DNA from: Eledone cirrhosa
Taxonomy: Eukaryota
Length of the DNA: 64,000 nt
Assembly (NCBI GenBank): GCA_964016885.1
Contig: OZ024756.1
Span: forward strand, 20,956,001 to 21,020,000
Direction: 5' to 3'
Within the stretch, counting starts at the first letter, position 1. Each line of letters starts with the position of its first letter. The translations under genes and the position numbers were made by a program. This document shows positions 35,620 to 48,818 of the stretch, piece after piece. The notes below the pieces were generated by a model. The model made no database searches. It had not been told where the DNA came from and saw nothing but the letters and a program-made list of their open reading frames with translations.

Positions 35620-37310
35620 TATTAGTAAAGACATCATCATGACAGACAATGCCATTTTGTAGGCTTTTGACTTTTAGTGAATAAAGATTTATACTTCAGC
35701 AATTTAAAATATTCACCTCTAAGCTAGATTTATGAGAGCATCTGAACTCGTCATGACAAACTACTAATAAAAGTACACATAGCATATACTATTTTGCTAC
35801 CATTTTACAGCAATGAATTGTACAATCTCTTGCTACATATTAACCGCTAGATGGTATATTTATGATAGATGAATCTAACATAACTTATGTGGCTGTGCCC
35901 TTGCTAGGTCAGTCTGGCGTAGCTTAGCCATTCCTGAAGCGACGTTTCATTTATTTTCTGGATATTCTGTTACTTCATATTTTAGAAAAAGATTCTATGT
36001 ACCAAGTTTCGTTCGTGATGACCTACATATACTGAACTATATATATGAGAAAGAATACATCAAGACAATTATTGCTTCGTTCGATGTGTTAGTTTATTCA
36101 CTAATATCACACACAGTTATGGAGTAGAGGTTATTTAGTAATTGCTCAACACCTATCTATTTAAATTACTGGACCGTATAGAAACGATTTTTTTTTTATC
36201 GAAAGTCTCAGGTTTATTCTACAGAACAATTATTTTAAGGTCAACGAACTTAAAATACTGCCAAAGATCGGGAACAACCATGAGTACTAAAGTAGTACTG
36301 AGACACGCTAATCTAGTTATGCATTACCACGAAAAGAAAATTTATGAAGAATCACTAAAACGTTTTGGAGCCAATTTTTAACACACGTAAAAAAAAATTG
36401 AAGAAGGTGGCTTGACTGTTTCACCTTATGGAAAGAAACGGTAGATAATCTAAAGGAATTAAAAAACATATTATAAGCACCATAAATACCAATATTCAAT
36501 TCATTGTGAAATTTAGCAAGGAAACGCTCCCCTTTTTGATAAAAATAAAAGATGAACGGAGTAAAACACGTGTCAATTATAAACCCACAGGTGCGAAACA
36601 CTTATTATTCATATCTTGCCATCCTAAACATAGACGAACATTCCCTTTGCGTTGGCGAAACGAATATGTATAATTGTTTCTAGTCCCACAATGCGAGACT
36701 AAAGACTGGTAGAATTACAAACTATTTTAATCCTCTAAAAATGTATTCAAGAATTACGGAAGGTAAAACATCAGAAAGCACACTTCCATTTATATAAACA
36801 TACAACCCGAAAAGTTTAGAAATTTATAATCAGATTCAAAGAAAGCTAACCATATTGTATAATGATAAAAACAAATCTTGAAGAATCAACACATTTTAAA
36901 GAGTATTCGATAATTGAAAGATGTAATAATATTCATCAGAAGTGCAAAATTCACAATAGATTACCAGCCCACGAGTAGCAAAATCTGGAAGACCTAATTG
37001 TAAATGTATACTGAAAGGCTCAAGATTCAGATTAAAAGATGCTGCAGATGTAGAAGAAATGACACAAGAATAACTGGGAATGATTTAGGGAAACGAATGA
37101 CCGTCCAACGACGACAAATCCGCGAGATGAATATAAGAAGGGTTCTGCTGAGTGGGTAATATCGAGAGATACGCCGAAAGAAATTTTCCCAACTTCAAAA
37201 TTTTCTCCAACTTATCAATTTTTAGATGACAATACCGAAGAACAAAACACACACAAAAGGCGAAATTATTGTTAATTAACAAATATAATCCAAGATTTAA
37301 ATATTTAAAT
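35620..37310 (+). pseudogene. Fossil Penelope-like element ORF (RT plus GIY-YIG endonuclease; Neptune-like linker)
   Basis: Frameshifted pieces: PSFVRDDLHIL; IASFDV..LFTNITH; FILQNNYF; YCQRSGTTMSTK..HANLVMHYHEKKIY; INTNIQF..FSKETLPFL; YKPT..SCHPKH..NIPFALAKRICIIVS; a (S)GRPNCKC linker; LGKRMTVQRRQIR; PNFKIF; INKYNP. These follow the Penelope RT-thumb-GIY-YIG order. Confidence 0.85.
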
Positions 37311-37413
37311 ATGATAAAAATTCACGTACTAAGTCACGTGACTACTGTTAAATTTCTTAAAGTTTTAAAATTTACTTTCAAAAACGGTGGCGTTCTATCA
37401 TAACATTCTACGT

Positions 37414-37519
<106 letters not shown>

Positions 37520-37584
37520 GAGAGACTACATAAATGTTTATTTACATGAATATTTTGTATATGATTCAATATACAACCTCAGTC

Positions 37585-37617
<33 letters not shown>

Positions 37618-37977
37618 GCGTGTATACATACACTATTAACATACCACACACACATACTGCATATATAAGTGCAATCAATATCTAATAAACACCATTGTGT
37701 TGTGGGTTATCAGGGCGAGGCCCTAACAACAATATTATATTTTATACTCTGTGGGTTTCAGTATAAATGGTAAATATATCATATTGGAGAAATATCATTT
37801 ATCATGTTTTTGAAGGACATTATATATTTATTGCCTCCCCCCCCCTCTCTTCCTCCATTTTAAACAGATTGGAAAATTCATCTGTAATAGGTTTACCAAA
37901 AATATATTTTACACATGGCATTTCACTCATATATATATCTATATATAGATATATATATATGTATAGATATATATATG

Positions 37978-38010
<33 letters not shown>

Positions 38011-38019
38011 GTATATATA

Positions 38020-38358
38020 TGCAGGTTATATTTAATTTGTTGGGATTCAACAAGCTTAAAAATTTTTATAACTGATATAAAGCACTCAACAGTTAAGTGG
38101 AGCAAATATACAATATATTAACTAATAGAAACTATATTTATAAACACATATTTATTTTATTATACATATTTAAAGGGCCAGCAAGACAAATTATGGTGCG
38201 CTTTCATCAGATAAAATACAATACAGATTTGTTTTATAAATAAATATTGACATATCCTGAAAAAAGACAACCTTAACGGTTGGAGGCCTTGGTGGCCCTT
38301 GAAATATGTATAATAAAATAAATATGGTTTTATAAATATAGTTTCCATTTGTTAATAT

Positions 38359-38365
<7 letters not shown>
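38020..38365. mobile_element. Fold-back hammerhead element (family B)
   Basis: Minus 38153-38218: tattttat-CTGATGA-aagcgcacc...tggccctt-tAAA-tatgta-TA-ataaaata. The opposite arm keeps GAAA. Its tail is homologous to 33525-33660. Confidence 0.78.
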
Positions 38366-38399
<34 letters not shown>

Positions 38400-38445
38400 G
38401 CATACAAACAATACACACACACAAACACATATATATACATACATA

Positions 38446-38542
38446 CAGGGTGTTCCCAAATGTATACACACTTTGATTACCTATGTAGGCAATATTTATT
38501 AGAATGCTGTTGAAGTGTGTATACATTTTTCGGGGCAACCTG
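38446..38542. mobile_element. 97-bp Tc1/mariner-type MITE
   Basis: TA-cagggtgttcccaaatgtatacacactt ... aagtgtgtatacatttttcggggcaacctg-TA. Confidence 0.75.
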
Positions 38543-38989
38543 TATATTATATATATATATATATATACATATTTACGCACACGCGTTATTGAACGTTAAA
38601 GGATTACAAAATCATAGAACATTGTATGATTAAATTAAAAATCAATCATTTCTTGTGATCAATAAACAAGTCACTAATCATCTTTACCATGTAGCAACGA
38701 AAGCTAGAGAGAGGCTCGTTTGATGTTAAGAACTGTCATGTGATTTGGTATGGATGAGTATGGATAGCGTAGTGGAAAACGCAGGCTCTGTCATTTTCTA
38801 AGCGTTGTCAGAGTAAGAGATGTAAAATACGAGGTTTGTGAGCTTGCCAACTATTAGCTGCAGTTATTTTAATAGGGCGATTGAGGCACACAATTGGGGT
38901 TTAACTTTGATAACTTTCGACCAGTATTGGCCCAGGCCATGTCTAACTTAATTGCACCACCTGGCGAAATCTTTCAAATCAGGATTTGG

Positions 38990-39157
38990 ACACGACACCA
39001 TGGTCCACTCAAGTAGAGAATTATTGTTTACGGAGACACATCCGGGTGTAGGAGGTTTAGCCGGGATTTCTTGAAGGCATTTGTACAAAGTCTACTTGAA
39101 CTTTATGGGGTCTGTTTCTGTTTTATGTGTTTTGGTGTAATGTTAAAGAGAGCGGGA
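38990..39157 (-). mobile_element. 3' end of a CR1/L2-group LINE ORF2
   Basis: PALFNITPKHIKQ/ETDPIKFK*TLYKCLQEIPAKPPTPGCVSVNNNSLLEW resembles the C-terminus of CR1/Crack-type ORF2. Confidence 0.65.
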
Positions 39158-39286
39158 CAGGTGGCGCACATTGAAGAGCTTACTCAGAGTGCTAAATACC
39201 CAGGGGTTGACCCAGGGCAGCCCTTCAGTTTACCGCTCGCGATTCCCCCACAAAAATACAGATTGCTCAGTGACTCACTTTAAAAG

Positions 39287-39384
<98 letters not shown>

Positions 39385-39387
39385 ATG

Positions 39388-39532
39388 TATCCCGGGTTCA
39401 ATCGGGGGTAACCACAGTAAGGTACTCAATACATAGTAGAGTATATACAATGTTTAATATAGAAATGGCTTCTACAGGACTAGAACTGTTTCCTTCGAAT
39501 GAAACAGTTCTAGTCCTGTTGAAGCAATTTCT
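39388..39532. mobile_element. Family C fold-back copy lacking the CTGATGA core
   Basis: Arms 39461-39492 and 39501-39532, centred on the stem II remnant cttcgaat. Confidence 0.8.
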
Positions 39533-40004
39533 CTTTCTCTCTCTCTCATCCTTTCTCTCTCTCCTCTCTCTCTCTCACCTCTCTCTCTCATTCCCTCTCT
39601 CTCTCCTCTCTCTCTCTCATTCCTTTTCTCTCTCTCCTCTCTCTCTCTCATTCCTTTTCTCTCTCTCCTCTCTCTCTCTCATTCCTTTTCTCTCTCTCTC
39701 TCTCTCTCTATGTATATATAAAAAACTAGTCTGTACAATTCTAATATTATGCTGCAGCATTAAAAGAACGCTTAAAGCCTACAGAAGGCCCAATAGTGCC
39801 GCCCCACCATTAATGTGCTGCCCGAGGCGGATCTCCCCCCCCCTCGAGCTACGCTACTGGGTTGGCCCTGTGTATAGGTACATATACAACATGTATAAAA
39901 CATACCCATATATGGATATATACGTTACTTTATGTTTTATATACTATATCTACTCTCATACACACTCAGACGCACCCCCTCCCCCACAAACACATATAAC
40001 CCTA

Positions 40005-40160
40005 CCATGCTTTCCAGCATAGTTACGTCCCTTTACGATCTGAGTTCAAATCCCGCCGAGGTTGACTTTGCCTTTCATCCTTACGGGGTCGATAAAATAA
40101 AGTACCAGTAATGCACTGGGTAATTGCTGGCCTTGTGCCTAAAGTAGAAACAATTATATA
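40005..40160 (+). mobile_element. 5'-truncated tRNA-derived SINE (Meta-like core)
   Basis: gagttcaaatcccgccgaggttgactttgcctttcatccttacggggtcgataaaataaagtaccagt. Confidence 0.85.
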
Positions 40161-40442
40161 CGTATATGTATATATATATATATATGTGTGTGTATGTGTG
40201 TGTTTCATGTATATGGCTGAGTGTATATATATACAGTCACAGTAAATAAGATATTTGGTCGAACCTTGACAACCAACAGCAAGATACCACCCAAGTAGGG
40301 GTTGGTGGGGTCTTTTCATATTTCCTTTCCCTTATTGTCCTATTGTGCTCCCATACAGTGACACACTGGTATTGATCTCATTTGACGAGAGATCAAGTTT
40401 TCGTTGGGTATATCTGTGTGCGTATATATATATATATCTATA

Positions 40443-40522
<80 letters not shown>

Positions 40523-40579
40523 TATACTCATGTATGTATATATATTTATAAATACATATATATCTATATATATATATAT

Positions 40580-40807
40580 AACGAAGGAAAAGTGGTAAGG
40601 AACCAGGTGGACCATAACGCACCAAAGTACTCAATACTTAGGGTAGTAGAGTGGGTAATAGGAACAAGTAAGACCCCGACGGCTGAGCTCAAGCCGTTTC
40701 GACGGCTAATTCTGTACTGAATGAAAATTTATCCAGAATAAATTTTCATTCAGTACAGAATTAGCCGTCGAAACGGCTTGAGCTCAGCCGTCGGGGTCTT
40801 ACTTGTT

Positions 40808-40810
<3 letters not shown>
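40580..40810. mobile_element. Fold-back element with hammerhead 3' half (family H) in (TA)n
   Basis: About 71-bp perfect arms at ~40660-40730 and 40740-40810. GAAAC-ggct tgagctc agcc-GTC-ggggtc. Confidence 0.85.
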
Positions 40811-40873
<63 letters not shown>

Positions 40874-41245
40874 TATATTTATGTATGTATATATATATAT
40901 TTATGTGTATATATATATATATGAGAGTTTTGAAGTTTGCTTGAAGCATTGTGGAATAATAAAAAATTGGTCGTTTTGGAGGCCTCAACAATGCAGATGG
41001 GTAAATCTCCGGGTAACAGAATCTAGTGGTGAAGAGAGAGATGTAAGAGGAAATGTAGGTTGAGATGTATAGTGTGTAGAGGAACGTAGGAAAGAGCGTA
41101 AAAAAGAAAAATAACAACACGAGATAGTTACCTTGGGAGAGATTTAATTGTCCCTATATTTCGGATTTCGCATACATCAACTGGGTGGTTTTCCGAGGGG
41201 GAAAGTTATCTGTCGGAGAGGAACGGTACGTGGCCTCTGTTTACC

Positions 41246-41378
41246 AGCTGAGGATCCGCTAAAGTGTAACAATTGTTCTCGGTATGGTGAACTAACTGTT
41301 GTGTAACCACTTCTACCTAACTCGTCCCATGGACTGAGTGCTCTACCACTACGGATATTACCTTCCAGTGGTCTACCA

Positions 41379-41381
<3 letters not shown>
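41246..41381 (+). mobile_element. Family D hammerhead element
   Basis: CTGAGGA-tccgctaaagt-GtAAC-aatt-GTT-ctc; the tail is antisense-homologous to 11586-11700 and ends at (TA)n. Confidence 0.68.
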
Positions 41382-41436
<55 letters not shown>

Positions 41437-41601
41437 ATGTATGTGTGTGTGTGTGTTTGAGCATAGAACAATAAAAACAGAAGTCAGGTGTAGTTAGTTC
41501 ATTGTTTTGCGATCGTTTTAGAGGGTCGATTGATCGATGGAGATCGATGTATCGACTAGCATGGTAGTGGTCAAGTTACTACCTATTTCTATATATATTA
41601 A

Positions 41602-42200
41602 ATAATTGTTTCCACTTTTGGCACAAGGCCAGCAATTACGACAGTTTATTACTGGTACTTTATTTTATCGACTCCGTAAGGATGAAACGCAAAGTTAACC
41701 TCGGCGGGATTTGAACTAAGAACGTAAAGGGCCGTAACTCTATGCTGCAAAGCATGGCGTCTGATGCTCTACCGATTCTGCCGATTCACCGCCCTTATGT
41801 ATATTAAATAATTGTTTCTACGTTAGGCACAAGGCCAGCAATTACCCAGTGTATTACTGGTACTTTATTTTATCGACTCCGTCAGGATGAAAGGCAAAGT
41901 TAACCTCGGCGGGATTTGAACTCAGAATGGCAAGGGCCGTAACTCTATGCGTCAAAGCATGGCGTCCGACCCTCTACCAATACTGCCAATCCACCGCCAT
42001 GTATATTAAATAATTGTTTCTACGTTATGCACAAGACCAGCAATTACCCAGTGCATTACTGGTACTTTATTTTATCGACCCCGTAAGGATGAAAGGCAAA
42101 GTCAACCTCGGCGGGATTTGAACTCAGATCGTAAAGGGACATAACTATGCTGGAAAGCATGGCGTCCGACCCTCTACCGATACTGCCAATCCACCGCCAT
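41602..42200 (-). mobile_element. Three head-to-tail tRNA-derived SINE copies (~200-bp period)
   Basis: Each unit reads aataattgtttc...actggtactttattttatcgac...ggcgggatttgaact...ctctacc..ccaccgcc. Confidence 0.9.
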
Positions 42201-42479
42201 GTATATTAAATAATAATACCTAGCTTGAGTCAATTGATATCAAATTTATATATTTAAATATTTCCTGACTTGCCTCTAAATCTGTACGGAATAGTAAAGT
42301 GGTCTTTCGTCAGATTCGGCGATGAATATTTCAGTTCTTGTCTCGATAGAACTACATATTCTAATGCACTAAGTGCAGTGAGTGCTGCTGAGTAAAAGGT
42401 ATATACTCGCCGGTGACGATACACAGTGGGATCGATCCCGGGACCTCTTCATTATAAAAACAAGCGTTCTTAAACATTT

Positions 42480-42787
42480 CCACCATAACTCCAGACTTCT
42501 GACCACCACTTACACACAAACTTACATATATACACACACGCGCACACATACATAAACACACAGAGACCTAAATACACACAGACTTAAACACTCAGAAATT
42601 TAAACACGCAACTTCTTCATTGCAAAACATACCTCTAGACTTCTGTCCACCACATACAAACACACACAAACGCACACACATACAGACGTAAACACACACA
42701 CACATACATAAATACACAGACTTAAACACGGGATCTCTTCATTGCAAATCACACCTCTCGACTTCTGTCCACCACACACACACACAC

Positions 42788-42818
<31 letters not shown>

Positions 42819-42960
42819 TACACACACACACACATACACGCACACTCACACAGATATATACACACACACATTCTCTCTCTCTCTCTCAGAGAGAAACTTA
42901 AATACACACAGACTTAAAAAGTGGCTCTCTTCATTGCTATACATACCTCTCGACTTCTGT

Positions 42961-43030
<70 letters not shown>

Positions 43031-43110
43031 TTAAATCCACACAGACTTAAACACTGGCTCTCTTCATTGCAAAACATACCTCTCGACTTCTGTCCACACA
43101 CACACACACA
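42480..43110. repeat. About 5 tandem units (acagacttaaacac..ctcttcattgcaaaacatacctctcgacttctgtccac) separated by (CA)n
   Basis: Read directly. Confidence 0.85.
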
Positions 43111-43428
43111 CACGTTGTGAAGGCCTCAACAACGCCCACGCATTAAATACTATTGCATTCTTGGTTTTAGGTATATTTGTTATATTATCTTATCCATGTC
43201 ACTTCAATAATCCCCAAGGATTAAGGTCACAGCCTGTCATATGAATAGAGTTTAATAATACAAGGGATTTATTGTCTTAACTGAAAAGGTTGTCCCGGGT
43301 GGGCAAAGGTTAATGCTGTTGGCAAATGTAAACACCATGGCAATATAAGGTGAGATATTGTTATCTAAACAACCGTTCTCTCTCTCTCTCTCTCTCTCTC
43401 TCGCTCTCTCGCTCTCTCGCTCTCTCTA

Positions 43429-43470
<42 letters not shown>

Positions 43471-43488
43471 ATACACACACTGAAACAC

Positions 43489-43558
<70 letters not shown>

Positions 43559-43634
43559 TTGAAGAAATAACACAAACACAGGGATGCAAAAACACAAAGT
43601 TCTATTAGGACCATGCTGAGGAGCAAGTAGAGGA

Positions 43635-43673
<39 letters not shown>

Positions 43674-43857
43674 CATGTATGTATGTGTAAAAAGTAAACA
43701 GGAATAACAAAGCAAACGATACAGTACAATGAAGAAATAGATTAATTTATATGTATGCATATGTATATACACACACATATATATATATATACACACATAT
43801 ATGGAAATTCGTGTCAAGATATATTCAGTAGCATTGTCAACACACATACGTGTGATA

Positions 43858-43932
<75 letters not shown>

Positions 43933-44052
43933 GAGGTGAGTTTTATTGTAGTACAATAAAGCAATGCAAATATCGGATAAGTAGCACTCTACAGTTTGTA
44001 GGACTGGAGTATTAATAATATAAGATCAAAAGATGGTTAAAAGAGTTCCAAG

Positions 44053-44118
44053 TATTTTATTATGCGCATTTCAAAAACAAATATCATCATGAGATGATAT
44101 CTGCGTTTTCATCAGATA
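44053..44118 (-). ncRNA. Type-I hammerhead motif (family B)
   Basis: tat-CTGATGA-aaacgcagatatcatc tcat gatgatatttgttttt-GAAA-t-gcgc-a-TA-ataaaata, with a long paired stem II and a palindromic GCGC loop III. The 5' end abuts (TA)n. Confidence 0.8.
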
Positions 44119-44269
44119 TATATATATATATATGAAGGAATATGGCTTAGTGGTTAGAGTCATGGGGTTATGAGTTCGGTCTCCGCCCTTTAGCAAGGAG
44201 ACAAGAGACGGGTATAGATGCTAACAACCAGTCAACTTGAAATAAAGTGTCTTCCGCAACCAGTAGCGT

Positions 44270-44368
44270 ATGATGATTTCCTTCGAATGAAACAGTTCTA
44301 GTCCTGTAGAAGCCATTTCTATATTGACTATTGTATATTTTCTACTATGTAATGATTGAACTCGACAC
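44270..44368 (+). mobile_element. Family C copy, 5'-truncated at the core
   Basis: tgatgatttccttcgaatgaaacagttctagtcctgtagaagccatttctatatt. Confidence 0.78.
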
Positions 44369-44416
<48 letters not shown>

Positions 44417-44486
44417 CGAAGGAATTGTGGTAAGGAACCAAACGCACCAAAGTACTCAATACTTAGTGTAGTAGAGTGGGTAATAG

Positions 44487-44541
<55 letters not shown>

Positions 44542-45258
44542 TATTAAATTAACAATGAAAATAAAAGCAACAAAGTCAAGTTTCTTTACCTATTCATGTC
44601 ATTGTTTTACGATCGTTTCGTAGGGTCGATCATATTGACATGTTGTCTGATCTATAGCAGTTATATAACTGTATACTATCAGACCTCATATAGAGGTTCG
44701 ATCAGACCGTCTTCTTCGATATATAACTTTAAGAATGAGTCACTGAGAAATATGTATTTTTGTGGGGCCTCTGGCCCGGGGCAGGCAAACTGAAGGGCTG
44801 CCTCAGGCGGCACACACTCTAGCTAGACAAATGTGCTCAACGGCATAAAGCATCATCGGGTCCGGGAACTGAACTCGCAACCGCACGATTGCGAATCTAA
44901 ATCTCTCACCTCTAAGCTATACGTCTTCAAATAGTTTAAAATTCTTCCTTAAATAATTAAAATAGAATGTATTTCATTTAGACAATGAAAGGGCTAATGA
45001 TAGTATTGAGTTAGGGGTATTTGTAATTGGCATGAAGCCAAATTGGATCTTGTTCTTAGTCTTATGTGTAACACAGTCTTCCATTGAAGAAGAGGTTTGT
45101 ACTGGTGTATGTAGGTAATAATATTGTTCTTGGATTTGAATTGGACATACATATTATGTATGTATGTATATATATTATATGGAGAAGCATATATATATAT
45201 GTGTGTGTATATATGTGTGTGTGTTTACATTAACACACACATATATATATATAAATGA

Positions 45259-45293
<35 letters not shown>

Positions 45294-45393
45294 AGAATAG
45301 ATGCAGTAAAAACCAGTTAGACCATTACTCACCAAAGCACTCGATATTTGGGGTAGTAGAGTGGATAATATGAAGGATTCGGGGTCCCGAATC

Positions 45394-45445
<52 letters not shown>

Positions 45446-45984
45446 GATGGCTGCCCCCTCGTTGTCGAGTATGGACATAGCACGATATACCATTATTAAT
45501 AATTATTAATTAATTCTATCGTGCAATGCTTGTGCGTGAAGCTTTTTTATAAAGTGAAGAAGCCAATCCCACTGAGCGACAGTAGCTATAACACGAAAAG
45601 AAGAAAAGATCAACATCATCGGTAACTACTGAGCCGCAGGTTTTATGTCGGAGTTATCCCAGTTTCTTGAGTTGCCTTCTCCAAGAAGAATGCCCTGACA
45701 AAGGCTAGGGGTCCTTCACTCCCAGTGGTTTACTCGCGCGATCGGGTATCCACCCCTACTATTTCTATGTCCCTGCGCATATACATATACATGCATATGC
45801 ACACATTCATATACATATACATGTGTATATACATATTTACACATTTTTGGATGGCCGTTGACTCTTATGAGTTCTTCCGCCCTTTATATATGTATGTATA
45901 TTTGTGTATATATATATATATATAAATATATATATCTTTTCTTTTCAATGGCTGACAATACCTTACCGGCGCCACTCGAATAAG

Positions 45985-46250
45985 GTAGTTATTTAACCTA
46001 TAAATGGGGCCCTAACAGGTACTACTACTCCGGACCAGAGCAGACCTGGGAGTTATGACAACTAAGGGGTAACTCCACATTCCCCACAGTTCCTGAACTC
46101 CCGAACTGGAAGAGGAAGACCAAGGTTAACGTATGTTGATGCCCTAAGGACAGACACTAGTCTGATGGAGACGCAGGAAGATGGCAGCGATAATGAGGGA
46201 CAGAGTCCGCTGGAGAGAGCTCGTCCATGGATCTCGGGAATTTTACCCAC
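45985..46250 (+). mobile_element. SINE-like fragment joined to an RTE-like LINE 3' end
   Basis: GRGRPRLTYVDALRTDT at ~46108-46160 is an RTE C-terminal motif. Confidence 0.55.
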
Positions 46251-46257
46251 CGTAGAT

Positions 46258-46312
<55 letters not shown>

Positions 46313-46335
46313 ACACACGCACATAAATACATATC

Positions 46336-46368
<33 letters not shown>

Positions 46369-47237
46369 ATTATTCATTTTATGGCGATGAAGATGTTCTT
46401 AATACTGATGGCGATGATGAACGGATGGGTGGAGGGGGATACTATTTATTGTCACCCCCCCCCCCCCCCCCTTCCCCTCACCAACCACATGTGTTATCAC
46501 CTGCAATCCATTGAAACACCACCACTACCACCTACACCACCGTAACCACATCCACAACTACCAACACTACAGCCACCACCAACACGTCACCACCACCACT
46601 ACTACCACGTCACTACTACCAGCGTCGTCACCAATACCACCACCCTCGTCACCACGACCCCCGCCTCCACCTCTACCACAATTACCACTACTGCCACTAC
46701 CACCCTCGTCACCACGACCCCCGCCTCCACCTCCACCACGACCCCCGCCTCCACCTCCACCACAATTACCACTACTAACACCACCACTACCGCCTCCACC
46801 ACTACCGCCTCCACCTCCACCACAATTATTGCTACTACTACCACCACTACCACCTCCACCTCCACCACAATTATTGCTACTACTACCACCACCACTCAGT
46901 AAAACTTCTCCAATACCAGTAAAACAAATCTGGTAGATCTGTTGTCCTTTCTCATATCACAAACACACATAATAAACATCATATACACACACACACACAT
47001 CATACAAACACACACATCATACATCACTCACACACACAGACACATCGTACAAACACACACATGAACATACATATATCAGGCACACACACATATCATAGAT
47101 ACATTATACATCACACATCACACACATACATCATACATCACACACACACACATACACACTCGCACACATACATACACACACACATACATATATCAGGCAA
47201 ACACACATATCGCACACATCATACACACACACACACA

Positions 47238-47364
<127 letters not shown>

Positions 47365-47487
47365 CACCTGAACAGTATTTACAACACAAGAAGTAAAGAA
47401 GTTCTTGCTTTGAACAATAGAGAGAGTGATGTGAGAAATGGTGGGGGTGGGATGGGGGCAACACGCCTACGATTGAAATACACCCAC

Positions 47488-47590
<103 letters not shown>

Positions 47591-47674
47591 ATGTGGAATC
47601 TCGTTGTATTAGAAAAAAGGTACTCAATAGGTTAGTAAAGTATAGGCATATTTATTTTATTATAGAAATGACTT

Positions 47675-47766
47675 AAATGACTTCTACAGGACTAGAACTG
47701 TTTCATTCTTAAGAAATAATCAGGAAAGTCATGTGATGATTTCTTACGAATGAAACAGTACCAGTC
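47675..47766. mobile_element. Diverged family C fold-back copy running into a SINE 3' fragment
   Basis: cttctacaggactagaactgtttcattc...atcaggaa..tgatgatttcttacgaatgaaacagt, then accagtc..actgggg..atttaatcgac. Confidence 0.7.
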
Positions 47767-47826
47767 ACGAACTGGGGCCAATTTAATCGACATTCCCCTC
47801 CCCCAAAATATATATATAATAAGTAA

Positions 47827-48295
47827 GTTGGTTTGTTTATTCCGGAGTAATGTAAAATAAGTAAGTCAAACATGTCAAATTTGGCTTCGTTTATTATAAA
47901 TTCTCTGCTATATATATTTCAGTGACAGCTATTATTGGCTGTGACTTCATCAGGCTGTACGAATTACGGTAGAAAAAAAAAGGTAAACATAGTGTTGAAA
48001 TGTGTTCCACTCTGTCAATTCATCGATATGTCCAGCTCCTGTATGTTATGATTTCAGTTCCTCGGAGGACTAACAACACACCCAGGAGCTGGACATATCG
48101 ATGAATTGATACGGAACACATTTCAACACCATGTTTACCTGTTTTTTCTACCTTAATTCGTACAGCCTGATGAGGTCACAGCCAATAATAGCTGTCACTG
48201 AAATATATATATAGCAGAGAATTTATAATAAACGAAGCCAAATTTAACATGTTTGACTTACTTATTTTACATTACTCCGGAGTAAACAAACCAAC
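47827..48295. mobile_element. Largest fold-back element (~215-bp arms, 41-nt loop) with a hammerhead core in each arm (family I)
   Basis: Arms 47827-48041 and 48083-48295. Plus strand: gc-CTGATGA(48167-48173)-ggtcacagc caataata gctgtcact-GAAA-tatatata-TA-gc. Confidence 0.85.
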
Positions 48296-48589
48296 CTGCG
48301 TACTTCGTCGAGTGCTCCAACCTGCATACTGAGGTGTCGGTAAACAACCAACACATACTCAAAATGTATATATATATATATTTGCAGACATACATATGCA
48401 TTCATACTTATATACATATACACATATACACAGGATTACACGCACACACACACATTTACGCACACGCACACATACACACGCACACACGTATGTATTATTG
48501 AAAACTCGACTATGCTTCAGTTTGATAATTTGTATTAAGAATTCTTCGAATTTCCTTAATTCTTTGTTTAGTTTGGAACACTAGCAATC

Positions 48590-48818
48590 CTACATCATCA
48601 GGTCGAGCTTGCTCGGCCTTCTACGACACGTTTCCTCCATCCATCTCTGTCTCTCATAGTGTTTACCAGTTCTTCCGCAGTGCATCCAGTATCGTCCTTA
48701 AGTTGCTTGACGTATGTCTTCTTGGGACGACCAGCGTTTCTTGCTCCATGAGATGGACTCCATAACAACACATGGCCTGCTATTTCTTCCTTGCTGCGCC
48801 AACAGTGGCCAGTAACCC
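48590..48818 (-). mobile_element. 3' end of an RTE-clade LINE
   Basis: TGHCWRSKEEIAGHVLLWSPSHGARNAGRPKKTYVKQLKDDTGCTAEELVNTMRDRDGWRKRV...*, a typical RTE C-terminus. Confidence 0.88.
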
